DNA from: Squalus acanthias
Lineage: Eukaryota
Length of the DNA: 64,000 nt
Assembly: GCA_030390025.1 (NCBI GenBank)
Contig: CM059430.1
Location: forward strand, 61,938,001 to 62,002,000
Direction of reading: 5' to 3'
The translations under genes and the position numbers were made by a program. Positions 1-12,034 of this stretch are shown here, one piece after another (position 1 is the stretch's first letter; each line of letters opens with the position of its first letter). The notes beneath the pieces were generated by a model. It was not told the origin of the DNA, searched no databases, and saw only the letters and a list, made by a program, of their open reading frames with translations.

Positions 1-326
1 TTAATGAGGTATGGTACACATCCTAATTGGCAAAACCCTGTCTAGCTTCAGCCAGCTTACAGCTAACCAGGTTACCTAACAATTCCCCACCTTGAGGTTG
101 CAAAACATAGTTCTGATTCTGCAACGCAAGGACCAGTCATCTCCACCCTCCCGCATAAGTGCAGCTCGCTCCAGATTATTCGCGTGTAATTTCACTATTT
201 TGATGGACTGGTTGATATTTCAGCAATGACTGAACTTTGAGTGAAAGCACTGCCCCAGTGGCATGGAGGCCGTGCAAGCATCACTGTTATCCCCGTCCGT
301 TCAACTGTGTAAGTGGCACACCCCAT

Positions 327-692
327 TGTTGTGGGAGGCATTCCACTGGCCATTGACTCCTAACCTTAGTAAACTGTTAGCATTCAACCTCCTTTCTCCT
401 CTGGTTCACAACAATAGTTTCGACTAAGCACGAGACTTTGTAGTGGTGTATATGGAACAGACTTTATTCATACACAGTAAAAGGTGATCGGCCTTTAACT
501 GTATATAGAGAGTGACTTTTTCCCGGTTTCTGTAGCTTTCGAGCACAATTTGAGATACTGTTGAAAACCATGATCCTTTATATACCATCTTTTGACTACA
601 TCAAAGGAAAATGTCAAAATGATGTATCTACTTTCCAAATCATTTGAAAACAGAATATCCATGTAAACAATTTGCAAATGTTTGCTTCAACA
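327..692 (-). mobile_element. 3' LTR (366 bp) of a retroviral or Gypsy-type LTR element
   Basis: On the minus strand it starts TGTTG (692) and ends CAACA (327), giving 5-bp inverted termini. It is directly preceded by a T-rich box and polypurine tract TCTTCTTT-AAGGGGAGTGG (PPT 703-693). A TATA box (GGTATATAAAG, ~586-576) and AATAAA (467-462) lie in the expected U3-R order. Confidence 0.7.
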
Positions 693-853
693 CCACTCCC
701 CTTAAAGAAGACTTCCTTTACCTACTGCTATCTTTAGCAAATGGACTCGCTACCCCTGTTTTATTAGCCGAAAACTAAAGCTACATTTTATTACCTACAC
801 TTATTTCCGGACACAAACACTTTACATATCAGAAGACAAGTCAAGCTTTCTCC

Positions 854-1912
854 TCACAGCACTTCAAAGTCATCCTCTTTATATATTGGAAAGCCTATGA
901 ATACAAGATACAATGAAGATCGACTATTAACCCTAAACTCCCCAAGATGTCCAAAATACATCTCTCCAGGATGTCCAACATAAACACGTGAAATAATCTC
1001 GTTGTGTTCCCAAAACCGGGGCCAATATATTTTCTCAATGTTCTTGTTGCCAGTCCTGTTTCTCCTACGGGGAATTCGTTGTGCACCTTTCTCTCTCATT
1101 TTCCCAGGTTTCATTATATCAGGGATGTGGTTATCATTAGACCATCCCCAAAAATATATACGCGGTGCCTCCACAAGGGTAGGGACCCGACCAATACATA
1201 AACATTGAATACAAACTCCCGAACCCTTCCGAGATCTAGTAAGACGTTGGTATGGTTTCATTCAGTGCACAGTTTCCAAGCTTTCTGTCCCCAATATATA
1301 GTCCTGGTCGTGGTTGGTCCACTGTGTGTTGGTTCCTCTCTGAACTAAATCTCCAACGACCATGCTTGAGTCATTGGCTGTGGAAGCACTCCTGGTCAGA
1401 TATCAGTCCGAGGTGTAGATATCGTCCAAACTCCATTTCTCGTTTTAGTTCTGTAAACCAAGCATTGCATTTGTCATTATCTCAGTCTTAATATATGGAG
1501 ATCCCCTTTCAGAGCTCCCAAACGCTTCAAACAGATTTGCAATGCTTTCTGATTCTATAACTGACGCCATTGCTGCCAGACCTTGAGTGAACCACAAAAT
1601 CCATCTAACAGTACTCACAGTATAACAGGTCTTGCACCAGTATTGCCAGAAGCTCTCTAGTGTTTTGAGAATGCTTGGGCTCTCTCTCATTGCTCTCAGA
1701 CCACGAGACCCTGAAAATACAGCTACACCCCATCAGAATCCTTTTAAACCCTTATATTCCGAATTCTCACAGATTCCAGGACTACCTCAATGCTACTTAA
1801 TCATATTCCACTCTAAAGCTGCAAAACTTCCATTAGACACCTGTTCTTCGAGAATCTCTGAATCTATGAGCAACGCCACGGAGAGACCACTTGTGTTTAA
1901 TGAAATAGACAT
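854..1912 (-). pseudogene. Decayed ~350-codon ORF of unknown product just upstream of the PPT/LTR (candidate retroviral accessory gene)
   Basis: The ATG at 1912 has Kozak context (gcaccATG) and follows a pyrimidine-rich acceptor-like tract. ORF-track pieces 1445-1690 and 854-1261 are in the same frame as this ATG, interrupted by about 6 stops. No gag/pol/env motif is recognised. Confidence 0.4.
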
Positions 1913-1959
1913 GGTGCCTTTCTTTGAAATAAAAAACACAATGCACTAGAGATAATAAT

Positions 1960-2193
1960 TTATTTGATTAAAAACGGAACATTTTGTGTTTTGTTTTCAT
2001 ATGCTGCTACCTTCTTCCAGTAACTAATCTAAGTGATGCTTATGGAAGTTCCACTTGATAGAGTCGAATTCACATAAGACAACTTCTGAATAAAGGAACC
2101 AGAACTGTCGAATAACTTCACACTTCCAACCAAATCTTTTGGCACAGATTATAGAAAGTTAACACTTATGGTGCATTTATAATACACTTCATT
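1960..2193 (-). pseudogene. 3' end of a second decayed ORF of the same LTR element, truncated by the adjacent LINE
   Basis: Reads NEVYYKCTISVNFL*SVPKDLVGSVKLFDSSGSFIQKLSYVNSTLSSGTSISIT*ISYWKKVAAYENKTQNVPFLIK*: 78 codons with only two internal stops in AT-rich DNA. Confidence 0.3.
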
Positions 2194-2194
2194 A

Positions 2195-5111
2195 GAATGA
2201 AACCAGATGGAGCACCCAGCCTTGACATAGGCATCGGATTCGCACATGACAAAGGCACACACAGCCCAGTCAACCCTGCAAAGTCCTCCTCACTAACACA
2301 TGGAGACTTGTATCAAAATTCGGAGATCTATCCTACAGACAAGTGAAGCAACAGCCTGACATAGTCATACTCACAGAATCATTCATTTCAGCCAACGTCC
2401 TGGACTACTCCATCACCATCCCTCGGTATGTCCTGTCCCACCGGCAGGACTGTCGCAGAGAGGTGCCGTCACACTTGTATACAGTCAGATGAGAGTGGTC
2501 CTGGGATTCTACAACTGACTCCAGAGCCCAGGAAGTCTCATGGAACCAGTCCAAACATGGGCAAGGAGACTTCCTGCTGATTACCATCTACCGGCCTCCC
2601 TCAACTGATGAATCAGTGCTCCTCCATGTTGAACACCACTTGGAAGAAGCGCTGAGAGCAGCAAGGGCACAAAATATACTTAGTGTGGGGCACTTCAATG
2701 TCCATCACCAAGATTGACTCGGTAGCCGCATTACTGACCGAGCTGGCCGACTCCTGAAGGAAATAACTGCCAGTCTGGGCCTGCAGCAGGTAGTGAGAGA
2801 ACCAACACGAGGGAATCACCTACTTGACCTCGTCTTCATTAATCTGCCTGTCACAGCTGCATCTGTCCATGTATTGGTAGGAGTGACCACCACACAGTTC
2901 TTGTGGAGAAGAAGTCACATCTTCACACTGAGGACACTTTCCACCTTGTTGTGTGGCACTACCATCGTGCTAAATGAGACAGATTCAGAACAGATCTAGC
3001 AGCTCAAAACTGGGCATCGATGAAATCCTATGGGCCATCAGCAGCAGCAGAATTGTATTCCCTCACAATCTGTAACCTCATGGCCAGCATATCCCTCACT
3101 CCACCATTACTATCAAGCCCAGGGACGAGCCCTGGTTTAATGAGGAGCGTTGAAGAGCATGCCGGGGGCAGCACCAGGCGTACCTAAAATGAGAGGCTAA
3201 CCTGGGGAAGCTGCAACACAGGACTGGATGCATACTAAACAGCGGAAGCAGCGTGCTATTGGTAGCGCTAAGTGATTCCACAACCAACGGATCTGCTCAA
3301 AGCTCTGCAGTCATGCTACATCTAGTCTTGAATGTTGATTGACAATTAAACAACTAACAGGAGGAGGAGGCTACGTGAACATCCCTATCGTCAATGATGG
3401 CGGAGCACAGCACGTGAATTCAACAGACAAGGCTCAGGCACTTGGAAGCATCATCAGCCAGATGTGCCGAGTGGATGATTCACCTCCGCCTCCCCCTGAG
3501 GTCCCCACTATCACAGGAGCCAATTTTTAGCCAATTAGTTTCACTGCTCGGGATATCAAGAAGCGGCTGAGCGCACTGGATACAGCAAAGGCTGTGGGCC
3601 ATGGCAACATTCTGACTGTAGTGCTGAAGACCTGTGCTCCAAAACTAGCCACGCTGCTAGCCAAGCTGTTCCAGTACAACTATAACACTGGCATCCAACC
3701 GAGAAAGGGAAAATTTGCCCAGGTATTTCCTGCCCATATAAAGAAGGACAAATCCAATCCAGCAATTACCGCCCAACCAGCCTTCTCTCAATCATCAACA
3801 AAGTGATGGAAGTGATCACCAACAGTGCTATCAAGCGGCACTACTTACCAATAACCTGCTCATTGATACTCAGTTTGGTTACGCCAGGATAACTCAGCTC
3901 CACAAGTCATTACAGCCTTGGTCCAAACATGGATAAAAGAGCTCAATTACAGAGGTGAGAGTGACTGCTCTTGACATCAAGGCATCATTTGACCGAGTGT
4001 GCCTTCAAGGAGCCCCAGTAAAATTGAAGTCAATAGGAATTAGGGAGGAAGTTCCACTGGCAGGAGTCATACCTAACACAAGGGAAGATGGTTGTGGCTG
4101 TTGGAGGCCCATTATGTCATCCCCAGAACATCACTCAGGAGTTCCTCAGTCCAGTGTCCCAAGGCCCAAACATCTTCTGCTGCTTCAGCAATGACCTTTC
4201 GTCCATCATAAGGTCAGAAGTGGGGATGATCGCTGATGATTGCACAGTGTTCAGCTCCAATCGCAATTCCTCAGATAATGAAGTGGTCCATGCCCGCATG
4301 CAGCAAGACCTGGATAACATTTAGGCAGTGGCTGATAAGTGGTAAGTTACATTCTCGCCAAACATGTGCCAGGCCATGACCATCTCCAACAAGAGAGAGT
4401 CTAACCACCGCCCCTTGACTTTCAATGGCATCTCCATCGCCGAATCCCCCACCATCGACATCCTGGGGGTCACCATTGAGCAGACACTTAACTGCACCAG
4501 CCACACACATACTGTGGCTAAAAGAGCAGATTAGAGGCTGGGTATTCTGCCAGGACTGTTTCACCTCCTGACTACTCAAATACATTCCATCACCTGCAAG
4601 GCACAAGTTAGGAGTGTGATGGAATACACTCCAAATGTCTAGATTTGTGCAGCTCCAACAACGCTCAACGAGCTCGACCCATGCAGGAGAAAGCAGCCCA
4701 CACCCCACACACATATCTTTCACTCCCTCCACCACTGGTGCACCTTTGCTGCAGTGTGTACCATCTACAAAATGCACTGCAGCAACTCGTCAATGCTTCT
4801 TAGACAGCATATCTCAAAACCGCAACCTCTACCAACTAGAAGGACAAGGGCATCAGACGCATGGGAAGACCAGCAACCCTCCATTCCCTTCGAAATTACA
4901 CACCATCCTGACTTGGAAACATTTTTCTATTCCTTCATCATCACTGAGTCAAAGTCCTGGAACTCCATCTCTATCAGCACTGTGGGAGTACCTTCACCAC
5001 ACGGACTGCAGCGGTTCAAGAAGGCGACTCATCGCCCCTTCTCAAGGATAACTAGGGATAGGCAATAAATGCTCGCCTAGTAAACAACGACCACATTCCG
5101 TGAAAGAATAA
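2195..5111 (+). mobile_element. CR1/L2-group LINE (family B), near-complete decayed ORF2 (APE + RT)
   Basis: APE motifs (PDIVILTES). RT fragments in the ORF track: VTALDIKASFDRV, GVPQ.SV, MIADDCTVF, MQQDLDNI. 3' end ...ccacattccgtgaaagaataa. Same-family copies at 32325, 34040 and 62895. Confidence 0.9.
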
Positions 5112-5173
5112 GGGAAGCTGGTTGTGGTTGTTGGAGGCCCATCATGTCATCCCCAGAACATCACTCAGGAGTT
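5112..5173 (+). repeat. 62-bp copy of LINE-internal segment 4082-4143, placed right after the LINE 3' end
   Basis: gggaag(c/a)tggttgtgg(t/c)tgttggaggcccat(c/t)atgtcatccccagaacatcactcaggagtt occurs at both positions. Confidence 0.85.
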
Positions 5174-5537
5174 GATCGACTTGAAAGCTGCAGTTAAAAT
5201 GCAAATGCTGCCGAAAATCGCAGTCAGGACTAATGGATATAACTTCGACTTGTGCGGCAGCGGAAAAACGAGCGTCAGCGAAACGGCAGCACTTCTTGCA
5301 CTCTGCCCGATTTTTCTTTGCATTCACTTAAGTGGAAAATAATCGGGTGGAGTGCAAAACGGAATGTCGATTCACTATCGCACATTTTGCCCAGCCGCAC
5401 AAGACGAATTTATACCCCAATAAGCCATTGGGGGAGATTTTTGAGTTTCTGCAATAAGGAAAATGGGCCGTGTGTATAATCGGTGGCCGATGCACTAGCG
5501 CCCATTCTACTCCCCCACTAAGGTTGAATTTCACTCC
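5174..5537. mobile_element. CpG-rich non-autonomous DNA transposon fragment
   Basis: CpG-rich block ending gaatttcactccc, resembling the Harbinger-type termini elsewhere in the window (cgaatttctccc). The other end is not seen. Confidence 0.4.
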
Positions 5538-5921
5538 CTCGGTTGCTGTCAGATCAAAGTGACTGCAGCAGCAGATCGCAGACCCAGAGTAAATTCAGTC
5601 TTCTATGGTTCTCGTCCCAAACGACAAATTGAGCAAGGATTAGGGTGGAAATAAATATAATTCCATCTAACATTTTATCCCAATTGGCTGTTGTTCCTGA
5701 GGATACGGTCAAAACAATTTTAACCACTCCAGATTTGCCGAAACTATTTTACGTGTATGTTTGGTGGTACCAAGACGTGAATAAACAAAATAATTCAGAT
5801 ATGATTTTGGACGTATAAATGCGTCCTCTAGATTGAACGCGAACTCAGAACTGATTGTCTCGTATTCCCATTGGTTCCGTTTGAATTCACAGCTTTTCTC
5901 TGAATTTAAGGTGAATAGAAT

Positions 5922-6345
5922 GGCCCGGATTTTGTGGTCAGCGGCGAAGTGATGCCGCACGCCGCTGACCTCGAAGAAAGCTGCCCACTCAGATCTCGTG
6001 ATCTCCGTGGCGTGGATTTCACCTGTCCTGACGTTAATTTCATTCTGTTCCCAAGTCAACGGTATCTCCATTGTCCACCAACACAGATGTCATCCAGCTG
6101 CCTAAGCATCCAATCACATTAAAGACTTCTCACAGACAGCAAACCAATTGAAATTCAATTGATTGCCGGATGCGGGGAGTTCAACAGAGCAGCCTGTGGA
6201 GTTGCAGGCAATGACTGACAGCAACTTCGAGATGTCTGTGTTTAACTGCGCATATGCGGACGACAGAAATTGCTGGCAGTTTCACAGTTGTAATAAAGGC
6301 GAACGCTGACAGTTTCGCTGTCATTACAAACGCGAAATCCGGGCC
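5922..6345. mobile_element. MITE (PIF/Harbinger-like), 424 bp
   Basis: TIRs GGCCCGGATTT / AAATCCGGGCC; flanks AAT/AAC (imperfect 3-bp TSD). Absent from the paralogous site near 62750. Confidence 0.8.
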
Positions 6346-6524
6346 AACACTTTTCCTAACTCTCTGGGGTGGATGACTATAGGCATTTCGAAGAAGGCTC
6401 ATACTTGCAATACCAAATGTTCCGCTTTGACACAGCCCGAAATATTGAAGTGAATTTTCAACAACCATCTACCCATAGTTATGTTACTTTTACATTCGAT
6501 TTCCTCATTTAATAAGAATAATAG

Positions 6525-6835
6525 ATTGTAGAATCATAGAATCTTACAGCACAGAAGGAGGCTATTTGGCCCAATGTGCCTGTGCCGGCTCTTCGAAAGA
6601 GCTGTCCAATTTAATCCCGCACTTCAGTCTTTTCCTATAACCCTGCTAATTAGACTTCTTCAAGTACCCCTCCAATTGCCTTTTGAAAGTTCCGATGAAA
6701 CCTGCTTCCACCACCCTTTCAGGTGGTGTATTCTAGATCTTAACAAACCTCTTTATGAAAACAATTATCCTAATTTACCCTCTAGTTTTTTTGAAATTAT
6801 TTTGCCATAAATCTATGGCCTCTGGTTACCGATCC
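6525..6835 (-). mobile_element. CR1 LINE 3' fragment, shared with the right duplication arm (62280-62580)
   Basis: CR1 tail (rc ...ggccaaatagcctccttctgtgctgtaagattctatgattcta). It occupies the equivalent position in both arms, so it predates the duplication. Confidence 0.75.
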
Positions 6836-7190
6836 AATTATTTCAAATTGGAGAATATATAATTGGAGTATGGATTAACTTGATAACCCGCTAGCCGAGC
6901 AAAACGCGATTCAGACATCGAAGCGTAAAATGTCAGTATGTTCGACTTATCACGTAGTCTGATGAAACGTAATTAAATAACGAAGGTTTTGACCGTGTGG
7001 TTTTTGCAGTACTTAAACTTGTTTGGAAATAGCGACACAAGCCATCACATTCTCCAGCTAAATAAAGAATGTGGCTCATCAATTCAGCTCCACACAGCAG
7101 CAGTTCAAGTGTTAAGTTTAGCTCTGTTCATTGCAACATCCTGCGAAAGCGCGCATACGCGTAATGTTCACATTCAATCGCGACATTGAA

Positions 7191-9515
7191 GATAGGAGCA
7201 GGAGTAGGCCATTCGGCTCCTCAAGCCTGCTCCGCCATTTAATGAGATCATGGCTGATCATCCAAATTCAGTACCCTGTCCCTGCTTTCTCCCCATATCC
7301 CTTGATTCCTTTAGCCTTAAGAAATATATCTAACTCCTTCTTGAATATATTAATGAATTGGCCTCAACTGCCTTTTGTGGTAGAGAATTCCACAGGTTCA
7401 CCACTCTCTGGGTGAAGAAATACCTCCTCATCTCTGTCCTAAATGGCTTACCCCTTATCTTTAGACTGTGACCCCTAGTTCTGGTCTCCCCGGCCATCGG
7501 GAACATCCTTCCTGCATCTAGTCTGACTAGTCCTGTTAGAATTTATAAGTTTCAATGAGATCCCCTCTCATTCTTCTAAACTCCAGCGAATATTAGCCCA
7601 ATCGTCCCAATCTCTCCTCATACGTCATTCCTGCCATCCCAGGTATCAGTCTGGTGATTCTTCGCTGCACTCCCTCCATGGCAAGAACATTCTTCCTCAG
7701 GTAAGGCGACCAAAACTTCACACAATACCCAAGGTGTGGTCTCACCAAGGCCCTGTACAACTGCAGCAAGACATGCTTGGTCCTATACTCGAATCTCTTC
7801 GCTACGAAGGCCAACATACCATTTGCCTTCTTAACCGCCTGCTGCACCTGCATGCTTACCTTCAGCGACTGGTGCACAAGGACACCCAGGTCTCGTTGCA
7901 CTTCCCCTTCTCCCAATCTATTGCCATTCAGATAATAATCTGCCTTCCTGTTTTTGCCACCAAAGTGGATAACCTCGCATTTATCCAAATTATACTGCAT
8001 CTACCATGCATCTGCCCAATCACCCAACCTGTCCAAATCATACTGGCGTTTCTCTGCATCCTCCTCACAGCACACACACCCACCCAGCTTTTTGTCGTCT
8101 GCAAACTTGGAGATATGACAGCTGGTTCCATCGTCTAGATCATTAATATATATTGTGAATAGCTGGGGTCCTAGCACCGATCCCTGCGGTACCCCACTAG
8201 TCACTGCCTGCCACTCAGAAAAAGACCCGTTTATCCATCTCTTTGCTTCCTGTCTGCCAATCAGTTCTCTATCCAAGTCAGTACCTTACCCACAATCCCA
8301 GGTGCTTTATCTTTACACACTAATCTCTTATGCGGGACCTTCTCGAAAGCCTTCTGAAAATCCAAATACACCACATCCACTGGTTCTCCCTTATCTATTC
8401 TACCAGTAACATCCTCAAAAAATTCTAGTAGATTAATCAAGCACGATTTACCTTTTGTAAATCCATGTTGATTTTGTCCGATCCTGTCACTGTTTTCCAA
8501 GTGCTCTGCTATTACATTTTTTATAATGGACTCTAGCATTTTCTCCACTACCGATGTCAGGCTATAATTCCCCGTTTTCTCTCTACCACCTTTTTTAAAT
8601 AGTGGGGTTACATTAGCTATCCTCTAATCCATGGGAACTGTGCCAGAGTCTATAGAATTTTGGAAGATGACCAGCAATGCATCTACTATTTCTAGGGCCA
8701 CTTCTTTAAGTACCCTAGGATGTAGATTATCAGGCCCTGGGGATTTATCGGCCTTCAATTCCGTCAATTTCCCTAACACCATTTCCCTACAAATACTAAT
8801 TTCATTCAGTTCCTCCCTCTCATTAGACCCTATGTTCCCCGACATCTCTGGGAGGTTATTTGTGTCCTCCTTTGTAAAGACAGAACTAAAGTACGTATTT
8901 AATTGTTCAGCCATTTCTTTGTTCCCCATTATAAATTCCCCTGATTCTGACTGCATGGGACCTACGCTTGACTTCACCAATCTTTTTCTCCTTACAAATC
9001 TATAGAAGCTTTTACAGTCAGTTTTTATGTTCCCCGATAGCTTACTCGCCTACTCTATTTTCCCCTCTTAATTAATCCTTTTGTCCTCCTTTGCTGAATC
9101 CTAAACTGCTCCCAATCCTCAGGTTTGCTGCTTTTTCTGGCCAATTTATATGGTCTCTCCTTGGATCTTATGCTATCCCTAATTTCCCTTGTTAGCCACA
9201 GTTGCACTATCTTTTTTCTTTTATTTTTATGCCAGACAGGGATGAACAAATTCTTTACTTCATCCATGCGATCTTTAAATGTTTGCCATTGCCTATCCAC
9301 TTTCAACCCTTTAAGTAATGTTCCCCAATACATCCGAGCCAACTCGTGCCTCATACCATCGCAGTTTCCTTTATTTAAATTCAGGACCCCAGTCTCTGAG
9401 TCAACTACTTCACTCTCCATCTTAATGAAGAATGCTATCATATTATGATCGCTCCTCCCCAAGGGGCGTCGCACAACAAGATTGCTAATCAATCCTTTCT
9501 CATTACATAATACAA
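7191..9515 (-). mobile_element. CR1 LINE, 5'-truncated ORF2
   Basis: RT motifs VYLDFQKAFEKVPH, GVPQGSVLGP, SKFADD, YRALVRPHLGYC and a CR1 3' tail. Flanked by a(t/c)tgaa. The paralogous site near 61930 is empty. Confidence 0.95.
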
Positions 9516-10131
9516 TACTGAATATTTGCCCTGTAACATTCCTTAACATCTACAGTGTACAGTGGCTTCGCCCGAAGACGCTATATCTGATCCATTCTTT
9601 ATATTTATCAGCTTTATACAAATTTAGAATAAACTGCAGGTGTGTTCTTCTTAATACTGGCACTTTATTTTTTTCGCCTACACTTCTACGAAAGTGAAAT
9701 TGGTCCAATCCCTTCCACGAAATGTCTCCATATACTCCAACACTCTTCCGCTGATCATACAGGAGCCCGACATGTAATTTCCGGACAGTTAGTTAAAACA
9801 TAAACATTACTTATCTAAAGTGAAGCATTTTTATATTGAATTTCCCCATAATAGTAACTATTTTAAGAAGGAATGCTGCTCTTAAAATTAAAGTTATCGC
9901 TTGTTAAAGTGTGTTGCACCTTCGAACTGCAGGTGGGAGGTGACCATATAGGACATTTTGCGTCGTACTTCTCCTTTAGTGATATCATGACGTCGCTGTC
10001 AAACCACCTCAGGAACAGGAGGCTGGGTAGAGACCAGAACTCCCATTGTAACAAAGGATGGAAAGCGTAACAAGTGTGGTCAATTGGACAATATTTTGAT
10101 TTGCAGCAAAGGGCGAGGATGTCCTGGGTTA

Positions 10132-10635
10132 TGAGAAGGTTAACGAGGTTGATTCCGGAGATGAAGGGGTTGTCTTATAAAGAAAGGTTGAGCAGGTTGG
10201 GCCTATACACATTGGAGTTTAGAAGAATGAGAGGGGATCTTATTGAAACATATAAGATTCTGAAGGGTCTTGACAGGGTAAATGCAGAGAGCATGTTTCC
10301 CCTCGTGGGACAATCTAGAACTCGGGGGCATATTTTCAGAATAAGGGGAAACCCTTTTACATCGGAAATGAGGAGGAATTTGTTCTCTCAGAGGGTCGGA
10401 ATCTTTGAAATTCTCTTCTCCAGAGAGCTTTGCAGGTTGGGTCATTGAATATATTTAAAGTGGAGATCGGCAGATTTTTGAACGATAAGAGAGTGAACGG
10501 TTGTGGGGAGCGGGCAGGGAAGTGCAGTTGATGCCAAGATCAGATCAGCCATGATCTTATTGAATGGCGGAGCAGGCTTGAGGGGCCAAATGAGCTACTT
10601 CTGCCCCCACGTCTTATGTTCTTATGTTCTTTATG
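10132..10635 (+). mobile_element. CR1 LINE 3' fragment
   Basis: RRMRGDLIETYKIL motif and (cttatgtt)n tail. Absent from the right arm. Confidence 0.9.
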
Positions 10636-11028
10636 TACGATGTAGAAAAAAGTGATTTATCTGGAGCATAACTATAGAGGTACTTCCAGATAATTCGTCT
10701 GCTCACAAAGGTTGAACGGAAAACAAGTTAATATTTCCCTTTATAATCTATGGGAATAAGGCACAGTTTATTGTTAAGAACACAACATATTTCCTGTGAT
10801 TATGTTCATATATACATACACAAGTATTTATTTATTTATTAAATAAGAAAAAAAGTGCAGAGCAATGGAGAAAGCGCAGAGTAGTGGGACTAATTGGATA
10901 GCTGCTTCAAACAGACCGCACAGGCGCGATGGGCCGACTGACCTTCTGTGCGCTAAGATTATATAAGTAAAAACCAAGTATATACACCAATACGCGCGGC
11001 CAAATATACCAATATGAATAAAGATAAT

Positions 11029-11772
11029 GGCCCAGAAATTGATCTCGCTCTGTTCCCGCGGGGGTAAGCCTTTCCCGCGATGTCTCACCTCGCTTATGCT
11101 TTTTCTGATCCAGCTCGCACGAAATTGATGTTCCAGACATCAGCTGTGCTGGGCTTGCGTATCCCAGCGGCGTAGTTAATTCGTGCGAGCTGTGTGATCA
11201 CGTGACTCAGTTAGAGCCAATGGCAGCACACCATCTTCCATTCATAAGTCTCACAGCATGGCTGAGAGACTTATGAATCTTACACCCCCCCAAAATAACA
11301 GCTAAACCTCAATTAAATTTAAAAAAAAAACCATCACATTAATAAAATAAGTATAGTTAATTAAATTAACCATTTTAAATAAAAAATTAAATTTTTGAAA
11401 AAATTTAAAATCTTTTAAAAAGTTATAAAAATAAACTTACCTGTCTTTAAAGTCTATAAAAAAGATATACCTGTAAAAAAAAATTCAAAAAAATACTTAA
11501 TTCACTACTTACCTTCTTAAAAGCGGGTCTTACTCCTCCTTTTTACATTTCCAAAATCTTCAGTACTTACCTGCGCGTCCAAAGCATGAAGTGCACAGCG
11601 TGCGCGCAGCCTGTAGCGCGCACGCGATGCACTCCGGCCCCGCCCCCTTTTCGGAAGAGCAATTGCCGGTTTTCAGCGCATGCGCAGGGCATGCAGAAAA
11701 CCGGCAATTGGAGTGGGAATACGCGAGAGTATGCAGTGCGTACTCTCGCGTCCCGGGATCAAGTTTCGGCCC
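11029..11772. mobile_element. MITE family M, copy 1 (744 bp)
   Basis: TIRs GGCCCAGAAATT / AAGTTTCGGCCC with AAT TSD on both sides, AT-rich core and internal hairpins. Homologous to 56255-57038 and 57573-58315. Confidence 0.88.
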
Positions 11773-12034
11773 AATAAAAACAAGGATAATAATAATGGCG
11801 AATGAGAATCTGCTTTATGATTTCACTCGGATGAAATTACATTTCTTTGCGTTATGTTCCAGATGCAGCGCTCTTCTCTGCATCATAACCCATGGCCCAG
11901 CCGCCGACTGCCTAACTTATTCATGCAGAAAAGTCCATACCTCCACATAAAACCATCTAAGTGATTATTCTGTATTTAATTTAAGTCTGAAGACTAAATC
12001 TTTAATATGTTGGCGGTTCTGACGAAAATCAAAA

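Noticed and set aside
305-326. TGG after the LTR end (ATGGGGTGTGCC on minus) as a primer-binding site
   Set aside because: It does not match a tRNA 3' end I recognise, and the PPT on the other side indicates a 3' LTR.
6999-7040. GGTTTTTGC nonamer-like motif conserved in both duplication arms
   Set aside because: No CACTGTG heptamer at 12- or 23-nt spacing; better explained as overlapping a RUNX-like site.
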